In this document: in pieces, positions 40,099-49,104 of the stretch | How positions within the stretch are numbered: the stretch's first letter is position 1 | Layout: each line of letters starts with the position of its first letter | Origin: a virus | Taxonomy: Duplodnaviria > Caudoviricetes | Length of the DNA: 64,000 nt | Virus record (IMG/VR): IMGVR_UViG_3300028909_000001 | Reading direction: 5' to 3' (one strand) | Made by a program: the position numbers and the translations under genes | The notes under the pieces: model-generated | The model's database searches: none | Told to the model about the DNA's origin: nothing | What the model saw: the letters and a program-made list of their open reading frames with translations, nothing else

Positions 40099-40130
40099 AG
40101 TTAACATTAACAACCACAATTACTTAAACT

Positions 40131-41573
40131 ATGCAAAAAATAAAAGCTATAATCTTAGTTGGATTGAACTATGGTGATGAGGGGAAGGGATCTGTAACTG
40201 ATAGTCTAGTCCAACACTTCAAGTCAGATTTGGTGGTTCGCTATAATGGTGGATTCCAAGCTGCCCACAATGTCCACAATGAGACAGGACATCACACCTT
40301 CCATCAGTTCGGTTCTGGTACCTTGAGTGGGGCTAGGACTTATATAGGTAGTGAAGTTATTATCTCGCCTAAATTGATGATGGATGAGGCTGACAGCTTG
40401 TATAAGCTTGGAGTAGATAAACCATTATCTCTCATACATATATCGCCTAACTGCAGGATTACTACGCTATACCATATAGCGTTGAATCAAATGAGAGAAT
40501 TAGCTCGCACAAATGTACACGGCAGTACTGGAAATGGTATTGGAGTTACTGCAGAATTAGCTAGACAACGTAGTAGTTGGGTCTTGAGAGTAAGAGATTT
40601 AAGTAAACATAAAAGTGATGTCCTCCAGATTCTTAATTCAATCTATGAATACTGTTTTTTGAAATGCGTTGAATTGCAACATGATTATAAATTGGAAAGT
40701 CAAGCAGTAGAGGACTTGATGCTTACCTTTAACATACCTCAATTAAACAACCAACTATACGATATTTACCTTGAATGGTTAAATCAGGTCAACGTTTGCC
40801 ATAGTCTTGATATTATCAAAGACAGTAACCTTCCTATTTTTGAAGGAGCACAAGGAGTATTGTTGGATAAACTTCATGGTTTTCATCCTTACACTACCTG
40901 GTCTGATACTACTCCTACCTATGCTATGGATATGTTGTATATATTAGGTATCCCTATACAGAATACTTATAAGTTAGGCATTACCAGGACTTTTATGACT
41001 AGGCATGGTAATGGTCCTCTTCTGACTGAAACAAATGATTTGAATGCTTTAATAGCACATGATCATAATAAGACAGGTAAATTCCAAGGATGTCTTAGGG
41101 TAGGTAATTTAGACTTGATGGCTTTGCAATATGCTATTCAAAAGTGCGGTGGTCTTAATGGTCTGGCAGTTACTCACTGTGATTATTTAAGTAATCGTGA
41201 AGTACGTACAGTTTGCTGGACTTATGCTGGTATAGATTTGCTTAGTTACAATTGCAAGGAAGAAGCTGGTTTGGAAGCCTGGAATCTTACTAAGGCCTAC
41301 TCTAAGAATAAGGCCCTGCTATATGAAGTTCCAGATTTATTAGCTGAAATTCAAAAGGTTACGAAGTTACCTATAGTAATAACTTCACACAGTAAATTCA
41401 CAAAAGACAAATTATATATGGGACTAGAACAAAATGAACTCCCGGCAACGTATACTCCAGTTAAAACTGCAGTACCGATTGTTGAGGAAGTGAGCAATCC
41501 TGAAGAAATTCAGATTAAACAAGCTGATACGTTTCAACAAACTGAAGCAGCAAAACCAACAACAACTAATTAA
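40131..41573 (+). CDS. purA: Adenylosuccinate synthetase-like protein
   Basis: GLNYGDEGKG, VRYNGG.QAAH, HGSTGNGIG, FEGAQG and TRHGNGP. Confidence 0.85.
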   Translation: MQKIKAIILVGLNYGDEGKGSVTDSLVQHFKSDLVVRYNGGFQAAHNVHNETGHHTFHQFGSGTLSGARTYIGSEVIISPKLMMDEADSLYKLGVDKPLSLIHISPNCRITTLYHIALNQMRELARTNVHGSTGNGIGVTAELARQRSSWVLRVRDLSKHKSDVLQILNSIYEYCFLKCVELQHDYKLESQAVEDLMLTFNIPQLNNQLYDIYLEWLNQVNVCHSLDIIKDSNLPIFEGAQGVLLDKLHGFHPYTTWSDTTPTYAMDMLYILGIPIQNTYKLGITRTFMTRHGNGPLLTETNDLNALIAHDHNKTGKFQGCLRVGNLDLMALQYAIQKCGGLNGLAVTHCDYLSNREVRTVCWTYAGIDLLSYNCKEEAGLEAWNLTKAYSKNKALLYEVPDLLAEIQKVTKLPIVITSHSKFTKDKLYMGLEQNELPATYTPVKTAVPIVEEVSNPEEIQIKQADTFQQTEAAKPTTTN

Positions 41574-41575
41574 TT

Positions 41576-42523
41576 ATGGGTTTTTCACATTATGATGCAA
41601 CTATAACTAGAAGTTACATCTCTTCTAGAACTGCTGCTGGCGTATCTGTAATGGATCATGCCGTAGCAGTGAATGAAGGAAGAGCTGAAAATAAGGCTCA
41701 TCCAACGCTTGATATGAGAATTCCTAACCGGGCTGGTAGGATAATTAGAGAGAGTCTTGATAGTGAGGCTCATCCTAATAGTTTGCCAATCGCTGTATGT
41801 CTTGATACTACTGGTTCGATGAGCACAATACCTTCCAAAGTAGTTTTGCAGTTGCCTAAGCTGATGGATTTGCTAATTAAAGCAAAGTATGTCTCTGATC
41901 CTCATATTCTGTTCGGGGCTGTAAATGATGCAACTACTTATCCTGCAGCTGCTCTTGAAGTCGGCCAGTTTGAGTCCGGTAATCAGATGGATGGTTGTCT
42001 TACCAATATTTTAGTCTCCCAAGGTGGCGGAGGTGGTACTCAATGCGAAAGCTATGAGTTAATCATGTTTGTGCTGGCAAGATTGACTGAATTGGATAGC
42101 CTGAAAAAACGTAATAAGAAAGGCTACTGTTTTATTTTGGGTGATGAAAAACCCTATTCTTTTGTTAGTAAGCTAGAGGTTAAGGAGTGGATTGGAATTG
42201 ACATTGAAGCTGACATTCCTACTACCACAATTTTGGAGGAATTGAAGCAGAAGTTCAATGTTTACTGGTTGTTCCCTAGTAATGCTCAGAATAGCCGAGA
42301 TAGAGGAGTTAAGGCTCATCTTCAAGGATTGTTTGGGCAGAATCTTATCATGCTGAAAGATGAAGAGACTATCTGTACTACCATAGCAGCTACTATTGCT
42401 ATTAATGAAGGTAGAGATCCCCGTACTGTAACCGAAGAATTGAAGGATGGATTTAAGGACAATCCTGATGATATCCAAGTCATCATTGACTCCATACCGC
42501 CTCGTAGATTTGATGACTTGTAA
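41576..42523 (+). CDS. vWA-like domain protein
   Basis: CLDTTGSM MIDAS-like motif and LGDE; adjacent to purA; ends RRFDDL. Confidence 0.7.
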   Translation: MGFSHYDATITRSYISSRTAAGVSVMDHAVAVNEGRAENKAHPTLDMRIPNRAGRIIRESLDSEAHPNSLPIAVCLDTTGSMSTIPSKVVLQLPKLMDLLIKAKYVSDPHILFGAVNDATTYPAAALEVGQFESGNQMDGCLTNILVSQGGGGGTQCESYELIMFVLARLTELDSLKKRNKKGYCFILGDEKPYSFVSKLEVKEWIGIDIEADIPTTTILEELKQKFNVYWLFPSNAQNSRDRGVKAHLQGLFGQNLIMLKDEETICTTIAATIAINEGRDPRTVTEELKDGFKDNPDDIQVIIDSIPPRRFDDL

Positions 42524-42621
42524 TTGAGCAATTCGTTGCTCTGGTGGAGGCTGGCTTTAACTAGTTAGCCCTGGTGCAGTATATTCTATGTTTCTGAGTG
42601 TACTGCACTTTTAATTTTGAT

Positions 42622-42693
42622 GGTGCTATAGCTCAGTGGTAGAGCAAGCTCTTTATAAGGGTTAGGTCGATGGTTCGAATCCATCTAGCACTA
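42622..42693 (+). tRNA. tRNA-Ile(TAT)
   Basis: Canonical D arm GCTCAGTGGTAGAGC; AGCTC-TTTATAA-GGGTT; TTCGAAT; ends A-CTA, not CCA. Confidence 0.8.
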
Positions 42694-43144
42694 CTACTTT
42701 CCATACACTCCCGTATAGTAACTTTTACACAAAATAACAATGTCCTTCCCTATAATAATTAATGGTGGTGTAATGGGTATTTCTACCCAAACATGTATAG
42801 TTTGTGGCTTTCTAGCTGATGGTTTCAATGTTTTAGGTTCATTTTGTAGTGCTCATAAACACATTCTAGTAAGAGAATTCTTACTAGAAGAGGATCTGGT
42901 TGTGCTAGATATTATTCCAGATCAAGAACTTAGAGAACATATTAAGAATTATATCAGGAAAACCAGCATAGATGATAGTAATGCTGAATGGTGGTGTAAA
43001 GCATCAAATAAAGGTAAAAGAGAATTTCGAAAACAACATCCAGAACTATTTAAATAACATATAATTCTATTCTTACCAAGCGAGAAATGTGATAATAGAG
43101 TAAGAGTACTTGCAATAGTACTCATTTTATTCATAGTAGTAGTT

Positions 43145-43624
43145 TTGACATTAGTAGTATTAGCTCCTCTATCTTCTATTAAAACAATGAAAATAACATC
43201 AGATACCACGATAACAGCTAGTGAAGGTGAACTAGAAGTACGAATGGGTAAAGGTATGACTTCAGTTTATGTCAAGAAGCAAGAAAAACTTGTTTTGTAT
43301 ACTAATGAAGTATCAACTCTTATTCAACTTCTACAAACTGCTAACACTAATACTCCTGAAGCGAACAGGGATAGAGCATTATTACTACAAGAACTTGTAG
43401 CTACTGATCCTATTATAAGTAAGTTTCCTACTCATCATGTAGTAGATGCTTACCAACAAATGCTTAGAATTGCTCCAGAATTAAGTAGTGAGAAGGAAAT
43501 TACTAGAGCATTCCTTAGACAAGCTGGTGCGAGTCAGGCCATTTCACCATTTGAGGCAGCTGACTTAATTAAGGCGAATACAGGTTTATTTAAGCAACAT
43601 CAACTACAAAGAGGACTAAACTGA
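43145..43624 (+). CDS. Hypothetical protein
   Basis: ORF; the ATG near 43188 is the likely start. Confidence 0.55.
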   Translation: MTLVVLAPLSSIKTMKITSDTTITASEGELEVRMGKGMTSVYVKKQEKLVLYTNEVSTLIQLLQTANTNTPEANRDRALLLQELVATDPIISKFPTHHVVDAYQQMLRIAPELSSEKEITRAFLRQAGASQAISPFEAADLIKANTGLFKQHQLQRGLN

Positions 43625-44153
43625 ATGAAGTTAAAGTTCAATAAACTAAATATGCCATACAAAACCTTAAAATTAGTTCAGATGTTTAACACGGACGGAC
43701 AAATATATGCATTCGGTAATGTAGTTAACATGGAAGTTACACGAGCTGGAGTAAAACTTACAGTATTGGAACGAAATGTAGGTAAAAAATTGAATACAAG
43801 AAAACTAAAGCATTATAACTATCTTAGAAAGGATGGTTTTGACCGAATGTTAATTGGAATATAAACATATGATTAAACCTAATATTTATAAACTGTTAAT
43901 TTCTATAATTCAGCATCAAAGCTTTGCATGTACGCAAGCTGTTGAAGTGGATTATCATGAATATGCTGCTTATGAAAAACTCTAATTTTATAGGCTGGTT
44001 GGTTGTTTTTATGGGCTTGTATTATTGTTTAACCGAAACAATTTTCCATGGTTCCAAAATATTTCCACAATCAGATGCAGAACTGATTGAAGATGGAATT
44101 AGTGGTGTTTTAGCCGCTATCGGATTTGTAATTCTCTCACTCCCTACTAAAAG

Positions 44154-44636
44154 ATGAAAAAGGAAACAATTTCTGGTCTATTAATGTGTTTTGGTTGGAT
44201 GTGTGGATTTTTTGTAGCCTGGCTCATCTCAATTCACCAATTTAAACACATTCCTACACCTAGTTATCAAGAACAAACCCAACCTTTTTGTGGGCCTGCT
44301 ACTCTATCCATGTTTGCAGCAGAGGGACTTAACATGGATATTGAGGCTAGTACATGGAATCTGACTAATGAACCAATGACTGCTATAAAAGCAGCTTGGT
44401 TTAAACAGACTGGACAGACTTTAAAATTCGTAGGTAAGATAAAATTTAATCAACCTTATGTTTGGGTTGGTTATTACAATACCAATCCACATGCTTGTCT
44501 AGTCTATTTTACTAGTACATATGTAGTATTAAAACACGGTCTTTACAATCCTTGGACCAGAACTAATTATATGGTTACCTGGCCTTATGAACAATTCTTT
44601 AGCAATACACTTGCAGTTTACACTACTACACTATGA
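44154..44636 (+). CDS. Membrane-anchored papain-like (C39-type) peptidase-like protein
   Basis: N-terminal transmembrane segment; QPFCGPA (Cys), NPHAC (His) and YNPW. Confidence 0.55.
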   Translation: MKKETISGLLMCFGWMCGFFVAWLISIHQFKHIPTPSYQEQTQPFCGPATLSMFAAEGLNMDIEASTWNLTNEPMTAIKAAWFKQTGQTLKFVGKIKFNQPYVWVGYYNTNPHACLVYFTSTYVVLKHGLYNPWTRTNYMVTWPYEQFFSNTLAVYTTTL

Positions 44637-45028
44637 AACTAACAAAAAGAGGTAATAGATGGTATGACAAAAACGATAATAGTTGGGATACGGAAGAACT
44701 AGCTACTCTACACTCACCTACCCTAACTAATTGTAGATGTTGTAGTGATTGTAGTAGTTGTAGTTATTGTAGATGGTGTAGTAGTTGTAGTAGTTGTGCT
44801 TATTGTAGTAATTGTAGTAGTTGTATTGATTGTAGTTATTGTGGTCATTGTAGTGATTGTAATAATTGTAGTGGTTGTACATATTGTAGAGATCGTAAAG
44901 ATTATCATCATAACGTCAATTCTATACAGGACCGAAATAAATATCCTTATTTCGTTTTAAAACTATTTCTTGTATTGCTTGGAGGAACCTTGATACTTAT
45001 GTTAGTAAACTATTTAACAAAACACTAA
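44633..45028 (+). CDS. Cys-x-x repeat protein ending in a transmembrane helix instead of the tail
   Basis: Head and repeats followed by FVLKLFLVLLGGTLILMLVNYL. Confidence 0.8.
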   Translation: MKLTKRGNRWYDKNDNSWDTEELATLHSPTLTNCRCCSDCSSCSYCRWCSSCSSCAYCSNCSSCIDCSYCGHCSDCNNCSGCTYCRDRKDYHHNVNSIQDRNKYPYFVLKLFLVLLGGTLILMLVNYLTKH

Positions 45029-45032
45029 AACT

Positions 45033-45170
45033 ATGCTTGACTACAAGAAAAAAGCGATCAAATACCTAATTTTAGGTTGGGTGATTACAGTAACAATCTA
45101 TTTAACTATACTGTGCGGGGTTATTTACTTTATTTTCTGGTGCCTTAAACATTTTGGAGTAATACACTAA
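45033..45170 (+). CDS. Small membrane peptide (45 aa)
   Basis: MLDYKKKAIKYLILGWVITVTIYLTILCGVIYFIFWCLKHFGVIH. Confidence 0.5.
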   Translation: MLDYKKKAIKYLILGWVITVTIYLTILCGVIYFIFWCLKHFGVIH

Positions 45171-45174
45171 AATC

Positions 45175-45342
45175 ATGAAACACACAAAACTAGTCGAAGT
45201 ACCAACCACCTGCCTTAATTGTGGTGGGAGAGGGATTGTTGGCAAGCATCACGTAACCAACAAAAGAAACAAGCAAAAATGTCCAGTCTGTAAAGGAACT
45301 GGTGAAACAAAAAGAAACGAAGAACGGGAAGTATATTCCTGA
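45175..45342 (+). CDS. Small DnaJ-type Zn-finger protein
   Basis: CLNCGGRG...CPVCKGTG. Confidence 0.6.
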   Translation: MKHTKLVEVPTTCLNCGGRGIVGKHHVTNKRNKQKCPVCKGTGETKRNEEREVYS

Positions 45343-45354
45343 ACTAACACTAAG

Positions 45355-45390
45355 CTAAAACTCAAACTAAACATTAAACTCAAACTAATT
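45355..45390 (+). repeat. Hexamer tandem repeat in the 5' leader
   Basis: CTAAAA-CTCAAA-CTAAAC-ATTAAA-CTCAAA-CTAATT immediately before the ATG at 45391. Confidence 0.7.
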
Positions 45391-46134
45391 ATGGCTAAAC
45401 TACATGAAATCCTGGCAGTAAAGTCAGGTGTCGTTGGTAAGCTCACAAAGCTAATCAGTGACTTGACTGAACTCTTCACTAAGAAGCACCTTCACTTTGT
45501 TGAAGAACATGTTATATTCAAACCTTTGGGCGAAAATCAACAGGATGTGGTGGAGAAGAACGTGAAGCGGCAAACTACAGTACGGAAAGAACTGAGCTGG
45601 ATCGGCAATGATTTTGCTAATGTTCTGGATGTCTGTAATCGAATCAATTCCACAAATTGTCTGGCTAAGGCAGATGTAATTGTGGATGGTACAGTTCTAC
45701 TCAAGGACATTCCGGCTACTGGTCTGCTGGAACTTGAAAAGCATATTCAGACCTTCAAAAGTCTGCTCGAAAAGATCCCAACTCTTGATCCAGTCAAAAA
45801 CTTCAAGCCTGACCATGATCAAGGTGAAGATGTTTATAAAGCTGAACCTCGGGTCACTTCCAGGACTACCAAGGAGTTCTATCCTTTCGTACTGGTTCCT
45901 GCCACAGCTCAACATCCGGCCCAGGCTACGAAAGAAGTAAGGGATGTGATAATAGGTTATAAGCATGAAACGGAGTGGTCTGGCATGCTCACACCAGCTG
46001 AAAAAAGTGATCTTTTGTCTCGTTGTGAGGACTTGGTGGCCGCTATCAAGTCAGCACAAGCACGCGCCAACAATATTGATGTTGTGGGCGAGAAAATCGG
46101 CCAGGACATAGTCAAATACATCCTTGGTAAGTGA
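45391..46134 (+). CDS. Conserved uncharacterised 247-aa protein (coiled coil plus beta hairpin)
   Basis: MAKLHEILAVK, AKADVIVDG, LLELEK, AT.QHPAQ and SG.L...EK..LL.RCE.L..AIK.A.A.AN; I recall homologs as an uncharacterised bacterial/phage family but have not verified this. Confidence 0.8.
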   Translation: MAKLHEILAVKSGVVGKLTKLISDLTELFTKKHLHFVEEHVIFKPLGENQQDVVEKNVKRQTTVRKELSWIGNDFANVLDVCNRINSTNCLAKADVIVDGTVLLKDIPATGLLELEKHIQTFKSLLEKIPTLDPVKNFKPDHDQGEDVYKAEPRVTSRTTKEFYPFVLVPATAQHPAQATKEVRDVIIGYKHETEWSGMLTPAEKSDLLSRCEDLVAAIKSAQARANNIDVVGEKIGQDIVKYILGK

Positions 46135-46145
46135 TCAAACAATTT

Positions 46146-46420
46146 GGGTGAGCAGAGACATAGATATACTATGCTCTGCAACTCAAGCTCAAGTTAAAGT
46201 TAAAGATAAGGTTGAAGCTCAAGTTTTCACCCTAAGTTCAAAATTAGTTTAGGTAGTTAATTACAATAACAGATGTACTAAAGTAAAGACCTCGGTTCAA
46301 ATCCGAGCTGGGCAGCCATTTTATTCCACTTCACAGAATTGCCCGGTAGCTTAGCGGTAGAGCGTTATGATTAAGTTAAACATTTGTTGCATTGTGATTA
46401 ATAAGTTGATTAGCCTAGAC
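46146..46420 (+). ncRNA. Structured RNA with hexamer repeats and a circularly permuted tRNA-like domain
   Basis: T arm, acceptor 3' strand and GCCA (46291-46318) precede the acceptor 5' strand and D arm (46340-46364); flanking long helix; seven hexamers at 46182-46223. Confidence 0.75.
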
Positions 46421-46442
46421 GTTATATCTGAAATATAATTAT

Positions 46443-46481
46443 GGGGAGTGGATACCGTGCTAAGGGTCCACTCCCTCCTTT
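46443..46481 (+). terminator. Rho-independent terminator
   Basis: GGGGAGTGGA/TCCACTCCCT stem followed by CCTTT. Confidence 0.65.
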
Positions 46482-46507
46482 GAACAACAGCCAAAACAAA
46501 ACAAATA

Positions 46508-47299
46508 ATGAACACATTAACACCAGAACAACGTAAAGAAAGAATTCAAGCAATTGTAAAAATTGGAGGACTTTGCTTAACCGCATTGATAGTTGCTCCA
46601 TTTATATTCACCATTATCCAAGGATTGGTGGGTATGATAGTTGCTTTCGGTATCAGTTACTCCACCCTCTACTTCTGGCCTTATATCGGCATGAAATTTG
46701 CTAATTGGAGGTTGAAGGCTATTAGGGCTGAAGCTAATAAAAACCCAGTAGAAACTCTATTAGTGGAACAGCAGCGTAAGCAGAAATTGTGGGATGCTGC
46801 TAAAGTTGCAGTAGAGAATATTGGTGCCCAGTGCAAGAATTTTGACAGTAAATTGGATGGTTTTATTAAAGACTATCCTGATAGAGCAGCAGCTTATCGG
46901 GATGAGAGTGTGAAACTCCATCAAATCTATAAAGCCAGGACCCAGAAATTAATGGCGGCTAAGGATGAATTGCAGAAGTTTGGCAAGACTATTGAAAGAG
47001 TCGATGCTGAATGGCAATTAGCTCAAGCTGCTAGAGAAGCTAATGAGGCAGCTGGATTCAATGATAATGATATTTTTGCCAAGATAAAGACTACTACAGC
47101 TCTGGATAGCGTGCAGACTAGTCTTAATCAGGCATTCAGTAGTTTGGAGATCAGTCTAGCTGAGGAAGAGGCGGATAAACAGAAAGCTATTGTTAGCTCA
47201 ACCCCTAAAGCCTTAAAAGATGCTGAGATTTGGGATGCGGAAGTTACTTCAACTAGTAACAATGACATCGTGAGAATACCTAAACAAAAAATCACATGA
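46508..47299 (+). CDS. PspA/IM30-like coiled-coil membrane protein
   Basis: Two N-terminal transmembrane segments, NPVETL and a long heptad coil. Confidence 0.55.
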   Translation: MNTLTPEQRKERIQAIVKIGGLCLTALIVAPFIFTIIQGLVGMIVAFGISYSTLYFWPYIGMKFANWRLKAIRAEANKNPVETLLVEQQRKQKLWDAAKVAVENIGAQCKNFDSKLDGFIKDYPDRAAAYRDESVKLHQIYKARTQKLMAAKDELQKFGKTIERVDAEWQLAQAAREANEAAGFNDNDIFAKIKTTTALDSVQTSLNQAFSSLEISLAEEEADKQKAIVSSTPKALKDAEIWDAEVTSTSNNDIVRIPKQKIT

Positions 47300-47433
47300 A
47301 ACACTATAAACTGATGGGGTCAATTGTTATCATAGTCATCTTGATTTTGGTAGCTTTGGCCTTAAACCGTGCTCAACAACAACAAGATAGTCAAGCTGTT
47401 ATGCCTGACCAAAACCAACAACAAAACTAATAC

Positions 47434-48510
47434 ATGAACACACATCTTTGGAAAATCAACAGCTTACTCCTATCACTTCTTTTTGTGCTCGGAGTATCGG
47501 CTCAAACACCTCCCTCACCCTTATTCATTAAAGGGACAATGGACATTAAATTCAATACCTTCAATTCACCCAACATACCTGGTGTGAGGGATGTGTATAA
47601 TCTGAATTTCAACGTAGCCAATAGTGTCTTATTTCACGGTACTATTCAAGACACTCCACAAATCATTAGTGGTTGGGTGAGCAAGGCTGTGACTCAACAT
47701 CGAGCATTGGCTTATAACGTTGATTGTGATGTAGTTAACCCACATAATCCTGCTCAAACCAAGAATATTGGATCATTACATGGTATTGTACCTATTAATG
47801 ATAATGGGGTATATAACTATGATTCAGGTAGTCTAGTATTTGATATTCTACCAATGGGACAAGCTGGAGGATTTACTAGCTACTTTAAAGGAACTGCTGC
47901 TGGCAAGATACCTAATAAACCGGATAATTGGGCTGATAGTCTAAGCCTGATTAACATTACCAGATGTATTAATGGTAAGACAACTACAGTACAACTAAAG
48001 AAGTATGATAAGATGTCGTTTAATCAAGTCATAATTGGTCAAGGCCCGTTAGGTTATTATGATTCCGTTACTGTCAATGGTGAGCTGTTATATGATTATG
48101 ATAAGAAATGTTGGTTTCTTAATAATCTGACTGCTCAATACAATGATATAAGTGGTGTGAAAATTGATCGAATTGCTGGTATTTTTAGGTGGGTTCCTGA
48201 TCCTAATCGAGAATCAAATGGTTTGGGTGAATATGACTTCGATATCAGAGTTAATGAACCTCTACCTAATCCTGATGCAGCTTTTAGTGTATCAACATCT
48301 GATGAATCCTCTTTCTTTGATACTGATACCAAGATTGCAGGATTGACCGGTACGATAAAATATAAAGATACGTTGCCATTAGTAGATGATGCAACGTCAC
48401 ATTCAGCAGTTACAATTGATCTGACAGGTAACAATATTAGTAAGCAGCAATTGATGGTGCTTTTTAAGGTCATTATTCTACAATCCATCATCCCAGTAAA
48501 TTCAAACTAA
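47434..48510 (+). CDS. Secreted beta-rich protein
   Basis: Signal peptide ...LLLSLLFVLGVSA-Q. Confidence 0.65.
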   Translation: MNTHLWKINSLLLSLLFVLGVSAQTPPSPLFIKGTMDIKFNTFNSPNIPGVRDVYNLNFNVANSVLFHGTIQDTPQIISGWVSKAVTQHRALAYNVDCDVVNPHNPAQTKNIGSLHGIVPINDNGVYNYDSGSLVFDILPMGQAGGFTSYFKGTAAGKIPNKPDNWADSLSLINITRCINGKTTTVQLKKYDKMSFNQVIIGQGPLGYYDSVTVNGELLYDYDKKCWFLNNLTAQYNDISGVKIDRIAGIFRWVPDPNRESNGLGEYDFDIRVNEPLPNPDAAFSVSTSDESSFFDTDTKIAGLTGTIKYKDTLPLVDDATSHSAVTIDLTGNNISKQQLMVLFKVIILQSIIPVNSN

Positions 48511-48525
48511 AACAAAACAAAAGCA

Positions 48526-49095
48526 ATGATAAAAACTACAATCTTGCTGGCAATTACTATATTGTCAGCAATTACAACATTGGCCGAAACCAATACTAAC
48601 CACACACCAATTATACTCAGTCCGCCTACATTGAGTGAAACTAATGTAGGTAGTGTTGACTATAATAAGATCGACATTACATTTGGTGGTGCCGGTACTT
48701 CATATAACAACCACAATACAGTAGGATTTGATACCTCCTTCTCTATTGATCCGTTCAAACAGGTTCCGAGTATCTGGGTTGGTGCTAGTCAGAGCATTTA
48801 CTGGCAGCCTTTGTTTGGTGGGGCTACAGATATTGATGCAGATTGGAACCAGCAGATTTGGAGGAACCTATACTTTAACGGAGGTTGGAGTATAGGTAAC
48901 GTTTATGGTGCTGGTGTTTCTGATTTGTGGAGAACCGGGCCTGAAATCTTGCTGCAATGGTATTTTAACGATCATACCTATTCTTATGCCGGCGCTAATT
49001 ATGACTTGTTTACTCAAGAATCAGGTAAGAGTTGGCGTACTAGTGGGAGTGATAATGGAGTTCGTTGGCAGGCAGGGATCGGTCTTGAATTCTAA
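48526..49095 (+). CDS. Outer-membrane beta-barrel-like protein
   Basis: Signal peptide, alternating aromatic/Gly strands and C-terminal WQAGIGLEF (BAM-type terminal Phe). Confidence 0.65.
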   Translation: MIKTTILLAITILSAITTLAETNTNHTPIILSPPTLSETNVGSVDYNKIDITFGGAGTSYNNHNTVGFDTSFSIDPFKQVPSIWVGASQSIYWQPLFGGATDIDADWNQQIWRNLYFNGGWSIGNVYGAGVSDLWRTGPEILLQWYFNDHTYSYAGANYDLFTQESGKSWRTSGSDNGVRWQAGIGLEF

Positions 49096-49104
49096 TAAAC
49101 CAAT

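Noticed and set aside
46291-46364. Ordinary two-piece tmRNA
   Set aside because: The acceptor lacks G3:U70 and has a G discriminator, a full D stem is present, and a conventional tmRNA is already encoded at 49904.
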